A stretch of 55,904 bases of DNA from a virus, in IMG/VR virus record IMGVR_UViG_3300045988_128069; one strand, given 5' to 3'. This document shows positions 1 to 9,144 of the stretch, one piece after another; position 1 is the first letter of the stretch, and each line of letters opens with the position of its first letter. A program made the position numbers and the translations under genes. The notes under the pieces were generated by a model that searched no databases, was not told where the DNA came from, and saw only the letters and a list, made by a program, of their open reading frames with translations.

Positions 1-105
1 ATCAACGGCAGCTACAGCGTGCAGGCGTTCTACGCGGACGACCTGACCTGCCGCCAGATCATCTCCTGGGCGGCGGAAGCGGCAGGCTGCTACGCCCACA
101 TGAAT
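1..105. repeat. Terminal direct repeat identical to 55800..55904 (assembly overlap of a circular or circularly permuted genome; unit 55799 bp)
   Basis: First 105 nt (atcaacggcagctacagcgtgc...cccacatgaat) recur exactly as the last 105 nt. Confidence 0.95.
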
Positions 106-2730
106 GCAGACGGCAAGCTGCAATTTTTGACCTACACAGACAAGCGCAGCACTGTTAAAATCACCCCGGACGGAGCCAGCAACAGCACCGCCTATTATGC
201 TGACAGCCTGAGCTACGAGGACTACACGGTCAAGGCCATTGAAAAAGTCCAGATCCGGCAGTCGGACAGTGACGTGGGGGTCATCTACCCCGACAGCACC
301 ACTGCCACCAACACCTATGCGGTGCAGGGCAATCTGCTGCTGACAACCGGCACCGAAGCCACCCTGAAAACCGTTGTCCAAAACCTGTACAACGTGCTGA
401 AAAACGTGACCTACACCCCCTGCAAAGTATCGGTGCCCAGCAGCTCCGGCCTTGCCTGCGGGCAGATCGTGCACGTTAAGGACGCGCGCGGGCGGGAGTT
501 CGACACCTACCTGATGAGCGCCACAATCTCCTCCGGCAAGGCAAGCTTTGAAAGCGTGGGCAGCGCCAGCCGGGAAAGTTCCAGCGCCGTGAACAGCCAG
601 AGCTACAAGAACCTGACCGGCAAGATGCTGGAGATCAAGACCAGCGTGGACGGCCTGGAAGTAAAGGCCAGCGACCTGACCGGCAAGTACACCGACCTGA
701 AAGCAACGGTGGACGGGCTTTCGGCGGAGGTGAAAAAAGACATCAAAATCACCGGCGGCGGCAACCTGATCCTGGGCAGTGAGAGCTTCAAGAACGCTGA
801 ACTGAAAGGCAATACCGGCGACGGCAGTTCTATTACCTATGAACTAACCGGCGGGGCGACCATGGCCAACACCAACTCCAACCGATATTTTCGCTGGACA
901 ACGGTGGGTGCGTATGTGGCAAAAGGCGTGACATTGTGCCTGTCTGTTATGTACAAACCCGTTTCTGGTGCGGATGAGTTCTGTATGGAAATCGCTTACA
1001 CGGCGGGGTACTCCACCAGCCAGAGCTGGGCAACCATTAAGCCAACTGATCAGCTGGAGATTGAGCAGACGGACGGCTGGGTACTGCGGTATGGCCTGTG
1101 GACGCCGCCGGACAACGCCACCTTAAAGCTGGTGGATATGGGCAGTGGTACCACCCACGCTGGTACCGGCAACTACACCAACAAGTTTTCGCTGCTGCAC
1201 CCCATGCTGCAATACGGCAACGCGCCGACCGCGTGGAATGCCAGCAGCGGCGACTACCTGACGCAGGAAAGCGCAAAAAGCTTATTTTCGCAGACCGCTG
1301 ACGAGATCAAAACCGAGGTCACCAAGTCAGTGACCGAAACGGTGACGGCCAACGTGAAGGATACCGCCACCAGCGCTGCCAATGATGCCGTTGACAGCAA
1401 GCTGAAGGACTACGCCACCACAGCAACGGTGAACAGCCTGAAAGAGGATGTTTCCAACATCAGCCAAAAGGCGGACAGCATCAGCACCAAAGTCAGCAGC
1501 CTGGAAGAAACCACCACGACCATTTCGGACGACCTGGACAGCACGAAGCAGGAGTTCAAGACCGTTAAAGAATCCGTTTCTGCGATTGACCAGAAAGCCG
1601 ACAGTATTACCCAGACCGTGACCCAGCGGATCACCGGCGGCAATAACATTATTGTAGGCACGGACGACTGGAACAATGCAACCCTGGATGCGGGCGGAAA
1701 TGACCTGAGCAAAAAAGGAACATACACGATCAGCGGTGAATCCGTCCGAGTGACCAATAAGGCGCAAAACACCCGCTTCCACTTTGGTGCGGACAAAACG
1801 CTGGTGATTGCCAAGGGCATGACCTACTGCGCCAGCGTACTGTACAAGCTCAACTCTGGCACGGACAGCCTGTTTTTGCAGTTCGAGACCAAGAGCAGCA
1901 GCGGCACAAAAAGTTATTACGGCTCCGCGTTCAAGCAGGCCCAGCAGGACATTGAGCTGGATAACGGCTGGAAGCTGCGCTGGGCGGCGTTCACGGCGAC
2001 CGCGGACGGCTATGCAGACGGTCTGTTTGTAAGCACAGCCAACGATAACGCCACCGTTACCAACGATCTGACCATCATGCACCCCATGGTGCAGATGGGC
2101 AATGCCCCTACCGCCTGGACGGCCAGCACCGGCGACTATCTGACCGCCGCCGAAACCAAAACCGAGATCAAGCAGACGGTGAACGAAATTAAGCTGACGG
2201 CCAGCACAAGCGGAACCAGCAGCACCATCAAGCTGACGGCAGGCGGAACAGAGATCACCAGCGCACAGGTCAACCTATCCGGCGTGGTGACATTTTCGGA
2301 TTTGAGTACCTGGAACCAGGATAAGACCATTATCAACGGCGGAAACATTACGACCGGGCAGATTCACAATAAGGCGCGCACAACCACTTATGACCTGGAC
2401 AATGCCTGGATTCGTATGGGCAAAGATGCTGGCACTCGGGTGGACATTGACACGGGGCGCATCCGCTGGTACTGGGAAAACAACCTGACCGGTGTGTTAA
2501 GCAGCCGGTACGGCAAATCTTATATTGGCGATAACTCCCGCTACACGTTTTTAGGCTGGTTCTCCACCGGCGACCCCAGCTTTGATTATTCCACCGGCGG
2601 GGCCACCAGCGAGTTTGTGGGCATTGCCATTGACCAGGTAGATAAGGTCATCCACTGCAATGCCAGCAAGTTTGAAATCCCCGGCAGAATTGAATGCGGT
2701 TCTTTGAGCGTGAACGGGAGGGAGATTTAA
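1..2730 (+). CDS. Tail-associated (Tal-like) protein, C-terminal part of the gene that starts at 55347; contains a coiled-coil region and an internally duplicated beta-rich domain
   Basis: Track ORF 19..2730; frame is continuous with 55347..55904 once the overlap is collapsed; sits after tape measure and a Dit-position gene. Confidence 0.75.
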   Translation: MNGSYSVQAFYADDLTCRQIISWAAEAAGCYAHMNADGKLQFLTYTDKRSTVKITPDGASNSTAYYADSLSYEDYTVKAIEKVQIRQSDSDVGVIYPDSTTATNTYAVQGNLLLTTGTEATLKTVVQNLYNVLKNVTYTPCKVSVPSSSGLACGQIVHVKDARGREFDTYLMSATISSGKASFESVGSASRESSSAVNSQSYKNLTGKMLEIKTSVDGLEVKASDLTGKYTDLKATVDGLSAEVKKDIKITGGGNLILGSESFKNAELKGNTGDGSSITYELTGGATMANTNSNRYFRWTTVGAYVAKGVTLCLSVMYKPVSGADEFCMEIAYTAGYSTSQSWATIKPTDQLEIEQTDGWVLRYGLWTPPDNATLKLVDMGSGTTHAGTGNYTNKFSLLHPMLQYGNAPTAWNASSGDYLTQESAKSLFSQTADEIKTEVTKSVTETVTANVKDTATSAANDAVDSKLKDYATTATVNSLKEDVSNISQKADSISTKVSSLEETTTTISDDLDSTKQEFKTVKESVSAIDQKADSITQTVTQRITGGNNIIVGTDDWNNATLDAGGNDLSKKGTYTISGESVRVTNKAQNTRFHFGADKTLVIAKGMTYCASVLYKLNSGTDSLFLQFETKSSSGTKSYYGSAFKQAQQDIELDNGWKLRWAAFTATADGYADGLFVSTANDNATVTNDLTIMHPMVQMGNAPTAWTASTGDYLTAAETKTEIKQTVNEIKLTASTSGTSSTIKLTAGGTEITSAQVNLSGVVTFSDLSTWNQDKTIINGGNITTGQIHNKARTTTYDLDNAWIRMGKDAGTRVDIDTGRIRWYWENNLTGVLSSRYGKSYIGDNSRYTFLGWFSTGDPSFDYSTGGATSEFVGIAIDQVDKVIHCNASKFEIPGRIECGSLSVNGREI

Positions 2731-2894
2731 TGCAGAAATTCATGCAGATTTTGGCCACGTTGGCTTTGCTGTTGGTGCTTGCATTGGTCATCTCGCTTAC
2801 GCTGGCAGCCTGCGGCGGCACGCGAACCGAAGATACAAGCTATCCGCGCCCGGAATATTCCGGCTCCCCGATGGCAGAAAGGGTGATGAAATGA
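2730..2894 (+). CDS. Small lipoprotein (54 aa)
   Basis: ATG overlaps the stop of the tail gene (TAATG); signal peptide ending in lipobox LTLAAC-GG. Confidence 0.6.
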   Translation: MQKFMQILATLALLLVLALVISLTLAACGGTRTEDTSYPRPEYSGSPMAERVMK

Positions 2895-3058
2895 CCACAA
2901 CCGCAAAAATTGAAGAACTCCAAAAGTCCGTCATCAACGCCATCAACAACAGCTGCCTGCACCCCGCTGTGGTGCGGCTGGTGCTGCTGAACGTGATCTC
3001 GATGGTGGAAGCCAGCGAGAGAGAGGTAAATAAAAAGGAGGAAGAAGCCACAAAATGA
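2891..3058 (+). CDS. Hypothetical protein (55 aa), below track cutoff
   Basis: ATGA overlaps at both ends (2891 and 3055), translationally coupled within the tail operon. Confidence 0.45.
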   Translation: MTTTAKIEELQKSVINAINNSCLHPAVVRLVLLNVISMVEASEREVNKKEEEATK

Positions 3059-3690
3059 CAACACATACCATTGCCCTTGCCCGCCACACCGCGCAGGTGG
3101 TGGGGCTGGCGGGCGTGCTGGTGCTGGGCACCTGGGACAGTTACGGCACCGAACAGCTGCTGCTGCGCCCCGGCCCGGAGTGGGAGGGGCTGGCGATTGA
3201 TGCAACCTTCCACAACGTTTCTGGCGATGAAGGCGTGACCGTACTGGCGGACACAGACGGCCTTGTGTCCGTCCCGCCGGAAGCCTGTATGCGGGCATCC
3301 AAGTACGCGACCATCACGTTCCGCGGCGTGCAGGATAGCGTACAGGATAGCGTGCAGCGCATCAGCTGCAACCTGCCCTATATGGTGCTGGATCACGCCC
3401 AGGTGCCCGGTGCCAACAGTACCGCCACCCCCAGCGAAAACGCCCAGGCGCTGGCCCAGATGCAGACCCTGCGGGACGGCGCTGTGGATGCCAAAAACCA
3501 GGCCGAAGCTGCCCGCGACGATGCCGCCCACAGTGCCGAGCTTGCCCAGCAGGCTGCCAACAACAACGGCTTTGCCGCACTGGAAATTGACCCAGACGGC
3601 AACCTGCAGCTGACCCGCACTGAAAATCTGGCGAACAAACTGGATTTTGCAATTATTAACGATAATTTGGAGGTGACTATTTATGGCTGA
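3055..3690 (+). CDS. Tail fibre / baseplate-associated structural protein (function inferred from position)
   Basis: 211-aa ORF between the tail and fibre genes; C-terminal Ala/Gln-rich coiled coil similar to the start of the next gene. Confidence 0.55.
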   Translation: MTTHTIALARHTAQVVGLAGVLVLGTWDSYGTEQLLLRPGPEWEGLAIDATFHNVSGDEGVTVLADTDGLVSVPPEACMRASKYATITFRGVQDSVQDSVQRISCNLPYMVLDHAQVPGANSTATPSENAQALAQMQTLRDGAVDAKNQAEAARDDAAHSAELAQQAANNNGFAALEIDPDGNLQLTRTENLANKLDFAIINDNLEVTIYG

Positions 3691-6061
3691 TACGATTAAA
3701 ACCAATCTCGGCCCTGTAACCGCATATGCCGATGCCAAAGCACACGGCTACACCGGCACGCGGGAGGAATTTGGCCAGCTGCTGGCCGGTGCCGCCGGTA
3801 ACTTGCAGGATGCTGTTGCCGCCAAAGAGGGCGCGGAAGCGGCCAAAGAGGGTGCGGAAGCCGCAAAACAGGCGGCAGAAACCGCCCAGCAGGCCGCTGC
3901 CGAGAATCAGAAAAACGCTGGAACCCAGGCAGCAAACGCCAAAGCATCTGCTGATACTGCCGCCGAGCAGGCCAACGCTGCCAAAGAAAGCGCCACCGGT
4001 GCCGCGAACAGTGCATCCGCTGCCCAGGAATCCGAAACCAACGCGGGCCTATCCGCCACTGCCGCTGCCAACGCCGAAGCCGCCGCCAAGCAGGCCCAGA
4101 ATGCTGCCGAGACTGCCAAAACGGATGCCGAAGCCGCCAAAACAGCTGCTGGCACCAGTGCGGATGCAGCAGCTAACAGTGCTGCGGATGCAAAGAAAAC
4201 GCTTGAATCTATCCCGGCGGACTATAGCGCCCTGAGCGGAAAGGTGGATGATAATACCAGCGGGATTCGTGAGCTAAAGGAAGATATAAGTAACAGAGGG
4301 ATTGTAAACGGTGGGAAAAATCTAATCGGTAATGAAGCGGACAAGTTATACGCAGTAGGGCGTCTCCCGGCCGGCACAAAGCTTACAATAAGTATGAAAG
4401 ATGGCGGACTTTTAACTGGCGCAAATTTGAAGTGTTACGATGGAACAAAAACTTATGTGAACTATTATAATGCATATAACACCAATAAGCGTAGAACATT
4501 TACATTAGATTTCGATATATCCTATGTAGCCCTTACGAATGTAATATCAAATAGGCCAATGCAACTTGAAATCGGAGATACCGCAACAGAATTTGAAGAT
4601 TATGCACCGAATGTGGCACAATCCATGAATTTAGTAGAAAACGAATATGAAGAATTACGAAAAGCAGATGAAGAACACTCAATTATTTCCACAGCGATAA
4701 ACACAGGTGTTGCACAATCGCTTATATTTTCTTCCTTTGGTTATTATAAGTCTGGAACTTTAAAATATGGTCTAGGAAGTACGGGAGAAAAAATAACAGC
4801 TGATTATTATAATGCCGAGATAAATGCAGGTTCTTCAGCGATACAATCTTTGTTCGGAAAGCTGAGACAGCCCATTGCATATTCGGATACTAAAACCTTA
4901 TACGTTATTATTACAAGTTCAATTGCTGGACTAATTTCATTGCATTTATCTGCAGGGGCGAATTGGGCTCCATCAAATAACCCATTGGTCGGATCATTAA
5001 TCTTAAAAAAAGGTACAAATATTTGTAAAGTGGAATTAAAAAAACAGTATTCACATGAGGTTTCTCCATCAGAGAAAGATTTCACATATGTGTTGTTTCA
5101 AGCAGGTTCTGCAACTGCATACAAGAATTTTGTGTTTGATGCTTATGTTTTTGATAATTCAAATTTATATGATATATTAACTTCTTTTGATTTATCTGAA
5201 TATTACACCAAAAGCGAAATTGATTCACTTATAGAAAACTCTAGTTATAATTACAAAATTATATTTTGGGGGGATAGCCTGACCGCGGGTGCTGGTGGGA
5301 ATGGCACAACATATCCAAAAGTATGTGCAGAGGAATTAGGAATTACAAATTATCTTAATGCTGGTGTTGGTGGAGAAACAGCTAATACTATTGCAAGTCG
5401 AAATGGCGCTAATAACATGATAATTCCTGCTGGAGGTGTTAATGGTCAATATAATATTGGAGATTTAAAGGATGCTTATGGAACTAATATCTTACCGTTA
5501 AGACAAGGTACTGGGGGGGATACTGTAAACCCAATAGTAATTAATGGACATGAATGCACATTAAGTCTTAGCCAAACAAGTTACACTGATGCAAACGCCA
5601 CTTATACCATTACCGGCTATACTGGAGAGCCGACAACATATCCAATGCCTTGCAAATTCTCCGGATGCAATTTAACAGCTGATATTACAGTAATATTTGT
5701 TGGACAGAATGGACCATCTTTTGAACAGAGATTGAGCATTATTGATAGCATCGTGAGTCGAACGAACGGTAAATATATTGTGCTTACTCTAAGTTCCGGA
5801 ACGGAAGAACAGATGAAAACGCAAGAAGCGACTATGCTATCAAAATACGGAAATCATCTTTTCAAAACGAGGGAAATGTTGGCTAATTATGGCATGTCTA
5901 TGATGGGTATGTCGCCAACGGATGAAGATGCGTCGGCAATAACTAACGGGACTGTACCGCCTAGTCTAAGAATCGATAGCGTACACCTTAATGCGAATGG
6001 ATATACTGCTCTTGGTAAAATGCTTGCGACACATATTAGGGCACTTGGGTATGTTAATTAA
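3683..6061 (+). CDS. Tail fibre with Ala-rich coiled-coil stalk and C-terminal SGNH/GDSL hydrolase (esterase) domain
   Basis: RBS GGAGGTG; SGNH blocks FWGDSLTAG, GVGGETA, VGQNG, DSVHLN in the last ~260 aa. Confidence 0.8.
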   Translation: MADTIKTNLGPVTAYADAKAHGYTGTREEFGQLLAGAAGNLQDAVAAKEGAEAAKEGAEAAKQAAETAQQAAAENQKNAGTQAANAKASADTAAEQANAAKESATGAANSASAAQESETNAGLSATAAANAEAAAKQAQNAAETAKTDAEAAKTAAGTSADAAANSAADAKKTLESIPADYSALSGKVDDNTSGIRELKEDISNRGIVNGGKNLIGNEADKLYAVGRLPAGTKLTISMKDGGLLTGANLKCYDGTKTYVNYYNAYNTNKRRTFTLDFDISYVALTNVISNRPMQLEIGDTATEFEDYAPNVAQSMNLVENEYEELRKADEEHSIISTAINTGVAQSLIFSSFGYYKSGTLKYGLGSTGEKITADYYNAEINAGSSAIQSLFGKLRQPIAYSDTKTLYVIITSSIAGLISLHLSAGANWAPSNNPLVGSLILKKGTNICKVELKKQYSHEVSPSEKDFTYVLFQAGSATAYKNFVFDAYVFDNSNLYDILTSFDLSEYYTKSEIDSLIENSSYNYKIIFWGDSLTAGAGGNGTTYPKVCAEELGITNYLNAGVGGETANTIASRNGANNMIIPAGGVNGQYNIGDLKDAYGTNILPLRQGTGGDTVNPIVINGHECTLSLSQTSYTDANATYTITGYTGEPTTYPMPCKFSGCNLTADITVIFVGQNGPSFEQRLSIIDSIVSRTNGKYIVLTLSSGTEEQMKTQEATMLSKYGNHLFKTREMLANYGMSMMGMSPTDEDASAITNGTVPPSLRIDSVHLNANGYTALGKMLATHIRALGYVN

Positions 6062-6082
6062 CTAAATAAGGAGTTGAAAATT

Positions 6083-7492
6083 ATGAGATTATCCAACGAA
6101 GACGTCCTATTGCATTGGCCCCTAGTCCAGCACATTATCACCGCAGGCTGGCTCTACAATGACGGCAGCCTGCACCGCGCGCTGGATTTCCGCGCAGCAG
6201 TTGGTACCCCTGTGTACGCAGCGGAAGCAGGCACGGTGGAGACGGCCTACCGCTGGAACGGCAAGCGCACCCAGGGCGATATCAACAGCTACGGCAACAT
6301 GGTCAAGCTGCGCCACACGACCTACAAGTACGGCACATTGGAGACACTGTACGCCCACCTGAGCAAGCTCTGCGTGGCCCAGGGGGAAACGGTATACGAG
6401 GGCCAGCTGATCGGCTACAGCGGGGATACCGGCAACTGCTATGGCGCGCACCTGCACTTTGAGGTCAGGTGGAAAGGCCAGCGCACCAACCCGCTGAACT
6501 GGCTGGATGCTGATTTTAGCACAGCATCCGTTGCCGTCAAACTGGGCAACTACAGCAGCGTAGCGCACAACATGAAGGAAGTGGAATACATGAATTATGC
6601 AATCGACGTGTCAAAACATCAGGGCAAATTCAACTGGCAAGCCGCCTACAACAAGGGCATCCGCCACGCCATGCTGCGCGCCGGGTATGGCCGTTACAGC
6701 AGCCAGAAAGACCCCCAGTTTGAGCGCAACGCGGCTGAGTGTGCCCGGCTGGGCATCCAGTACGGCGTATACTGGTACAGCTACGCCACCACGCCGGGAG
6801 AAGCCCGGCAGGAGGCACGCTGCTGCCTGGCCGCGATCCAGGGCAAGCATCTGTGCTTGCCGGTGGCCTATGACCTTGAGTACGAGCCGTGCATTTTGCG
6901 CCTGACCAACGCGCAGCGCACGGCTCTGGTAGAGGCGTTTTTAAGTGAGATCGAAGCCGCAGGGTATTACGGCATCCTGTATGCCAGCTGCGATTTTATC
7001 CGCAATCGCCTGGACTGGAAAGCCTTGTCCAAATATGATGTCTGGGTGGCGCAGTACGGCAGCGCCTGCACCTGCCCCCTGCCGTATGGCATCTGGCAGT
7101 ACAGCAGCCGCAACGCCCTGGGCATCCCCGGCTACGGCACCAGCCTGGACTGCAACCGGGTCTACAAGGACTATGAGCAGTTGATGATCCAGGCAGGCTT
7201 GCAGGGCCACACCGCGCCCACCCCGGAGGACACCACCCCCAACAAGCTGGACAAGCAGCGTATTACCATTGGCCGTATCTCCAGCGGCGACCGCACAACC
7301 ATTCGCGCCATGTGCGAGGGGCTGGGGCTTATCTCCGCCGGCCTGTACCGCGAAACCTGTGCGGATGGCAAACAGTGGATGCTGGACGTTGGGCCGGTAT
7401 CCAGCGGCGACGCCTGGTACATCATGCGCAAGTGCGCAGAGCTGCAGCTGATTGATGCAGGGCTGTATAAGGCTGAGTATGTGGAGGGGTGA
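6083..7492 (+). CDS. Modular endolysin: M23 peptidase + GH25 muramidase + two C-terminal ~35-aa repeats
   Basis: HRALDF and GAHLHFEV (M23); IDVSKHQG...DLEYE (GH25); repeats RISSGDR..GLISAGLY / PVSSGDA..QLIDAGLY; AAGGAG RBS before ATG 6083 (track start 6074 is TTG). Confidence 0.85.
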   Translation: MRLSNEDVLLHWPLVQHIITAGWLYNDGSLHRALDFRAAVGTPVYAAEAGTVETAYRWNGKRTQGDINSYGNMVKLRHTTYKYGTLETLYAHLSKLCVAQGETVYEGQLIGYSGDTGNCYGAHLHFEVRWKGQRTNPLNWLDADFSTASVAVKLGNYSSVAHNMKEVEYMNYAIDVSKHQGKFNWQAAYNKGIRHAMLRAGYGRYSSQKDPQFERNAAECARLGIQYGVYWYSYATTPGEARQEARCCLAAIQGKHLCLPVAYDLEYEPCILRLTNAQRTALVEAFLSEIEAAGYYGILYASCDFIRNRLDWKALSKYDVWVAQYGSACTCPLPYGIWQYSSRNALGIPGYGTSLDCNRVYKDYEQLMIQAGLQGHTAPTPEDTTPNKLDKQRITIGRISSGDRTTIRAMCEGLGLISAGLYRETCADGKQWMLDVGPVSSGDAWYIMRKCAELQLIDAGLYKAEYVEG

Positions 7493-7496
7493 TACG

Positions 7497-7796
7497 GTGA
7501 AAAAATTGTTTATCTCCCAGCCGATGCGCGGCAAGACCGACGAGGAAATCCTCAAAGAGCGCAAGGTGCTGACTGCTGATGTGCACATGAAAACCCATGA
7601 GGAAATCGAGGTCATCAAATCCTTTTTTGAGAGCGCCCCGACTGACGCAGCACCGCTGTGGTATCTGGGCGAAAGTCTCAAATTGCTGGGCACCGCCGAT
7701 TTTGTAGTGTTCGCCCCCGGCTGGCATGATTATCGTGGGTGCCGTATTGAGCATGACGCTGCTGTAGCCTATGGAATTCCCATCGTGGAGGTGTGA
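7497..7796 (+). CDS. DUF4406-like (nucleoside 2-deoxyribosyltransferase-like fold) protein
   Basis: GTG 7497 after GGAGGGG; pattern ISQPMxG...GW..xRGCxIE..A..YGI. Confidence 0.5.
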   Translation: MKKLFISQPMRGKTDEEILKERKVLTADVHMKTHEEIEVIKSFFESAPTDAAPLWYLGESLKLLGTADFVVFAPGWHDYRGCRIEHDAAVAYGIPIVEV

Positions 7797-8149
7797 TGCC
7801 AATGCAGCATGTATTTTCGTTTACGATCGCGGAAGCCTGGGCATTTTTGATTTACGCGGCGGGTGCTGCCGCCGCACTGTATGCCGGGGGAGTGGCTATC
7901 AGCAAAGTAATTACCGCAATAAAAAAGCCAAAAACCGACCAGGACAAACGCATTACCCAGTTAGAAACGCGGGTGAACGCTATGGAGGGATTCTTGAAAA
8001 ACGACAAACACCGGCTTGACCGCATGGATGAAGGGCAGCACGTGACCATGCAGGCACTGCTTGCCCTGCTTGATCACAACCTTGACGGAAACAACATTGA
8101 CCAGATGCAGAAGGCAAAGGAAGCCTTGCAGAAACATCTGATCGGCTAA
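7796..8149 (+). CDS. Membrane-anchored coiled-coil protein of the lysis cassette (holin-like / lysis accessory)
   Basis: One N-terminal TM helix followed by a coiled coil; overlaps the upstream stop; start could be 7793, 7796 or 7802. Confidence 0.5.
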   Translation: MPMQHVFSFTIAEAWAFLIYAAGAAAALYAGGVAISKVITAIKKPKTDQDKRITQLETRVNAMEGFLKNDKHRLDRMDEGQHVTMQALLALLDHNLDGNNIDQMQKAKEALQKHLIG

Positions 8150-8166
8150 AAAAAGGAGAAAGCAAA

Positions 8167-8439
8167 ATGGATATTTCTTTTCTGTCCGAATACATGATTC
8201 CCGTGATTGTTGGCATCTGCCTGTGCGTGGGCTGGATTGTCAAGCAGTGGATTAAGGATGTGGACAACCGCTATATCCCCACGATTTGCGCGGTGATTGG
8301 CGTTGCGCTAGCTTGCTGGATGAACTGGCCAGACATTACTGCGGCTGTGATCCTGTCCGGCCTTGCAAGCGGGCTGGCATCCACTGGCCTGCACCAGGCT
8401 TTCAAGCAGATTCTTGAGGGCTTTGGCGATGGGAAGTAA
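8167..8439 (+). CDS. Holin
   Basis: 90 aa, three hydrophobic segments, charged C-terminus, adjacent to the endolysin; RBS AAGGAG. Confidence 0.6.
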   Translation: MDISFLSEYMIPVIVGICLCVGWIVKQWIKDVDNRYIPTICAVIGVALACWMNWPDITAAVILSGLASGLASTGLHQAFKQILEGFGDGK

Positions 8440-8623
8440 GTTTGATTTCCAAATGAGCCGCAGCGATTATGATGACCTCTGTTTTGACCTGACCGATGAC
8501 GAACACGCCGTACTGGATTTGCGGCGGCGTGGGCTGCACAACGCCGATATTGCGGCGGAATTGTATTGCAGCGAAAGGACGGTTAATCGGAGGGTTAAAG
8601 CGATAAAAAGTAAATTAGGTTAG
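8429..8623 (+). CDS. Small LuxR/GerE- or sigma-70 region 4-type HTH protein (64 aa)
   Basis: ATG 8429 within track ORF 8363..8623; NADIAAELYCSERTVNRRVKAIKSKL HTH. Confidence 0.55.
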   Translation: MGSKFDFQMSRSDYDDLCFDLTDDEHAVLDLRRRGLHNADIAAELYCSERTVNRRVKAIKSKLG

Positions 8624-8672
8624 AAAAAGGCCTTTTGCAATAGTCTAAATTGCAAGAGGCTTTTTTATTTTT
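8624..8672. terminator. Bidirectional intrinsic terminator between convergent genes
   Basis: 12-bp stem 8630..8641 / 8649..8660, A-run upstream and T-run downstream. Confidence 0.75.
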
Positions 8673-9141
8673 GCTTGTCTTTTTGCGCATTGTACCACGT
8701 TAAAAACTCACCAAAGAGGCGCTGCTCTGCCTCTTTGCGGGCGGCGATGGCTCTGTTTTTGTCGGCGCCGCAATACAGGTGGTACCGCTCCCCCTTAAAA
8801 TAGATGTATGCGACATATTTTCCGTCTTTTCTGCACGACACACCGCGCACGCCTGTGGTGTTGTTCCGTTGGGCTTTGCTCGATGATATTCGGCTAACGT
8901 TGGTGCCGTCAACCTGCCCGAGCTTATCGGCAATGGGTTTGGTGGTCAGGTTGCGGTTTTTTATGCACCCGCAGCTGATCTGCTTGGAGTGGGCGATGGT
9001 ACGGCTCGGCAGCTCCACGATTTTACCGCAGTTAAGGCAGCGGCAGCGGAAAACCCGGTTGCCGTCTTGCCTCTTCGCAGTCGGCTCGATAACGTACAGA
9101 TAGCCAAATGTTTGCCCGGATAAATCCTTAAACGGCGGCAT
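8665..9141 (-). CDS. Zn-ribbon + AP2-like DNA-binding protein (homing-endonuclease-associated family), paralog 1
   Basis: N-terminal GQTFGYLYV..CRCLNCG..SCGC, C-terminal TGVRGVS..KYVAYI..AARKEAE (AP2-like). Confidence 0.65.
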   Translation of the reverse strand: MPPFKDLSGQTFGYLYVIEPTAKRQDGNRVFRCRCLNCGKIVELPSRTIAHSKQISCGCIKNRNLTTKPIADKLGQVDGTNVSRISSSKAQRNNTTGVRGVSCRKDGKYVAYIYFKGERYHLYCGADKNRAIAARKEAEQRLFGEFLTWYNAQKDKQK

Positions 9142-9144
9142 GGC

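Noticed and set aside
19-2730. Diversity-generating retroelement targeting the duplicated tail domain
   Set aside because: No reverse transcriptase gene exists anywhere in the window. The two repeats are in-frame protein-domain duplicates of about 520 nt with many non-adenine differences, not a template/variable repeat pair.
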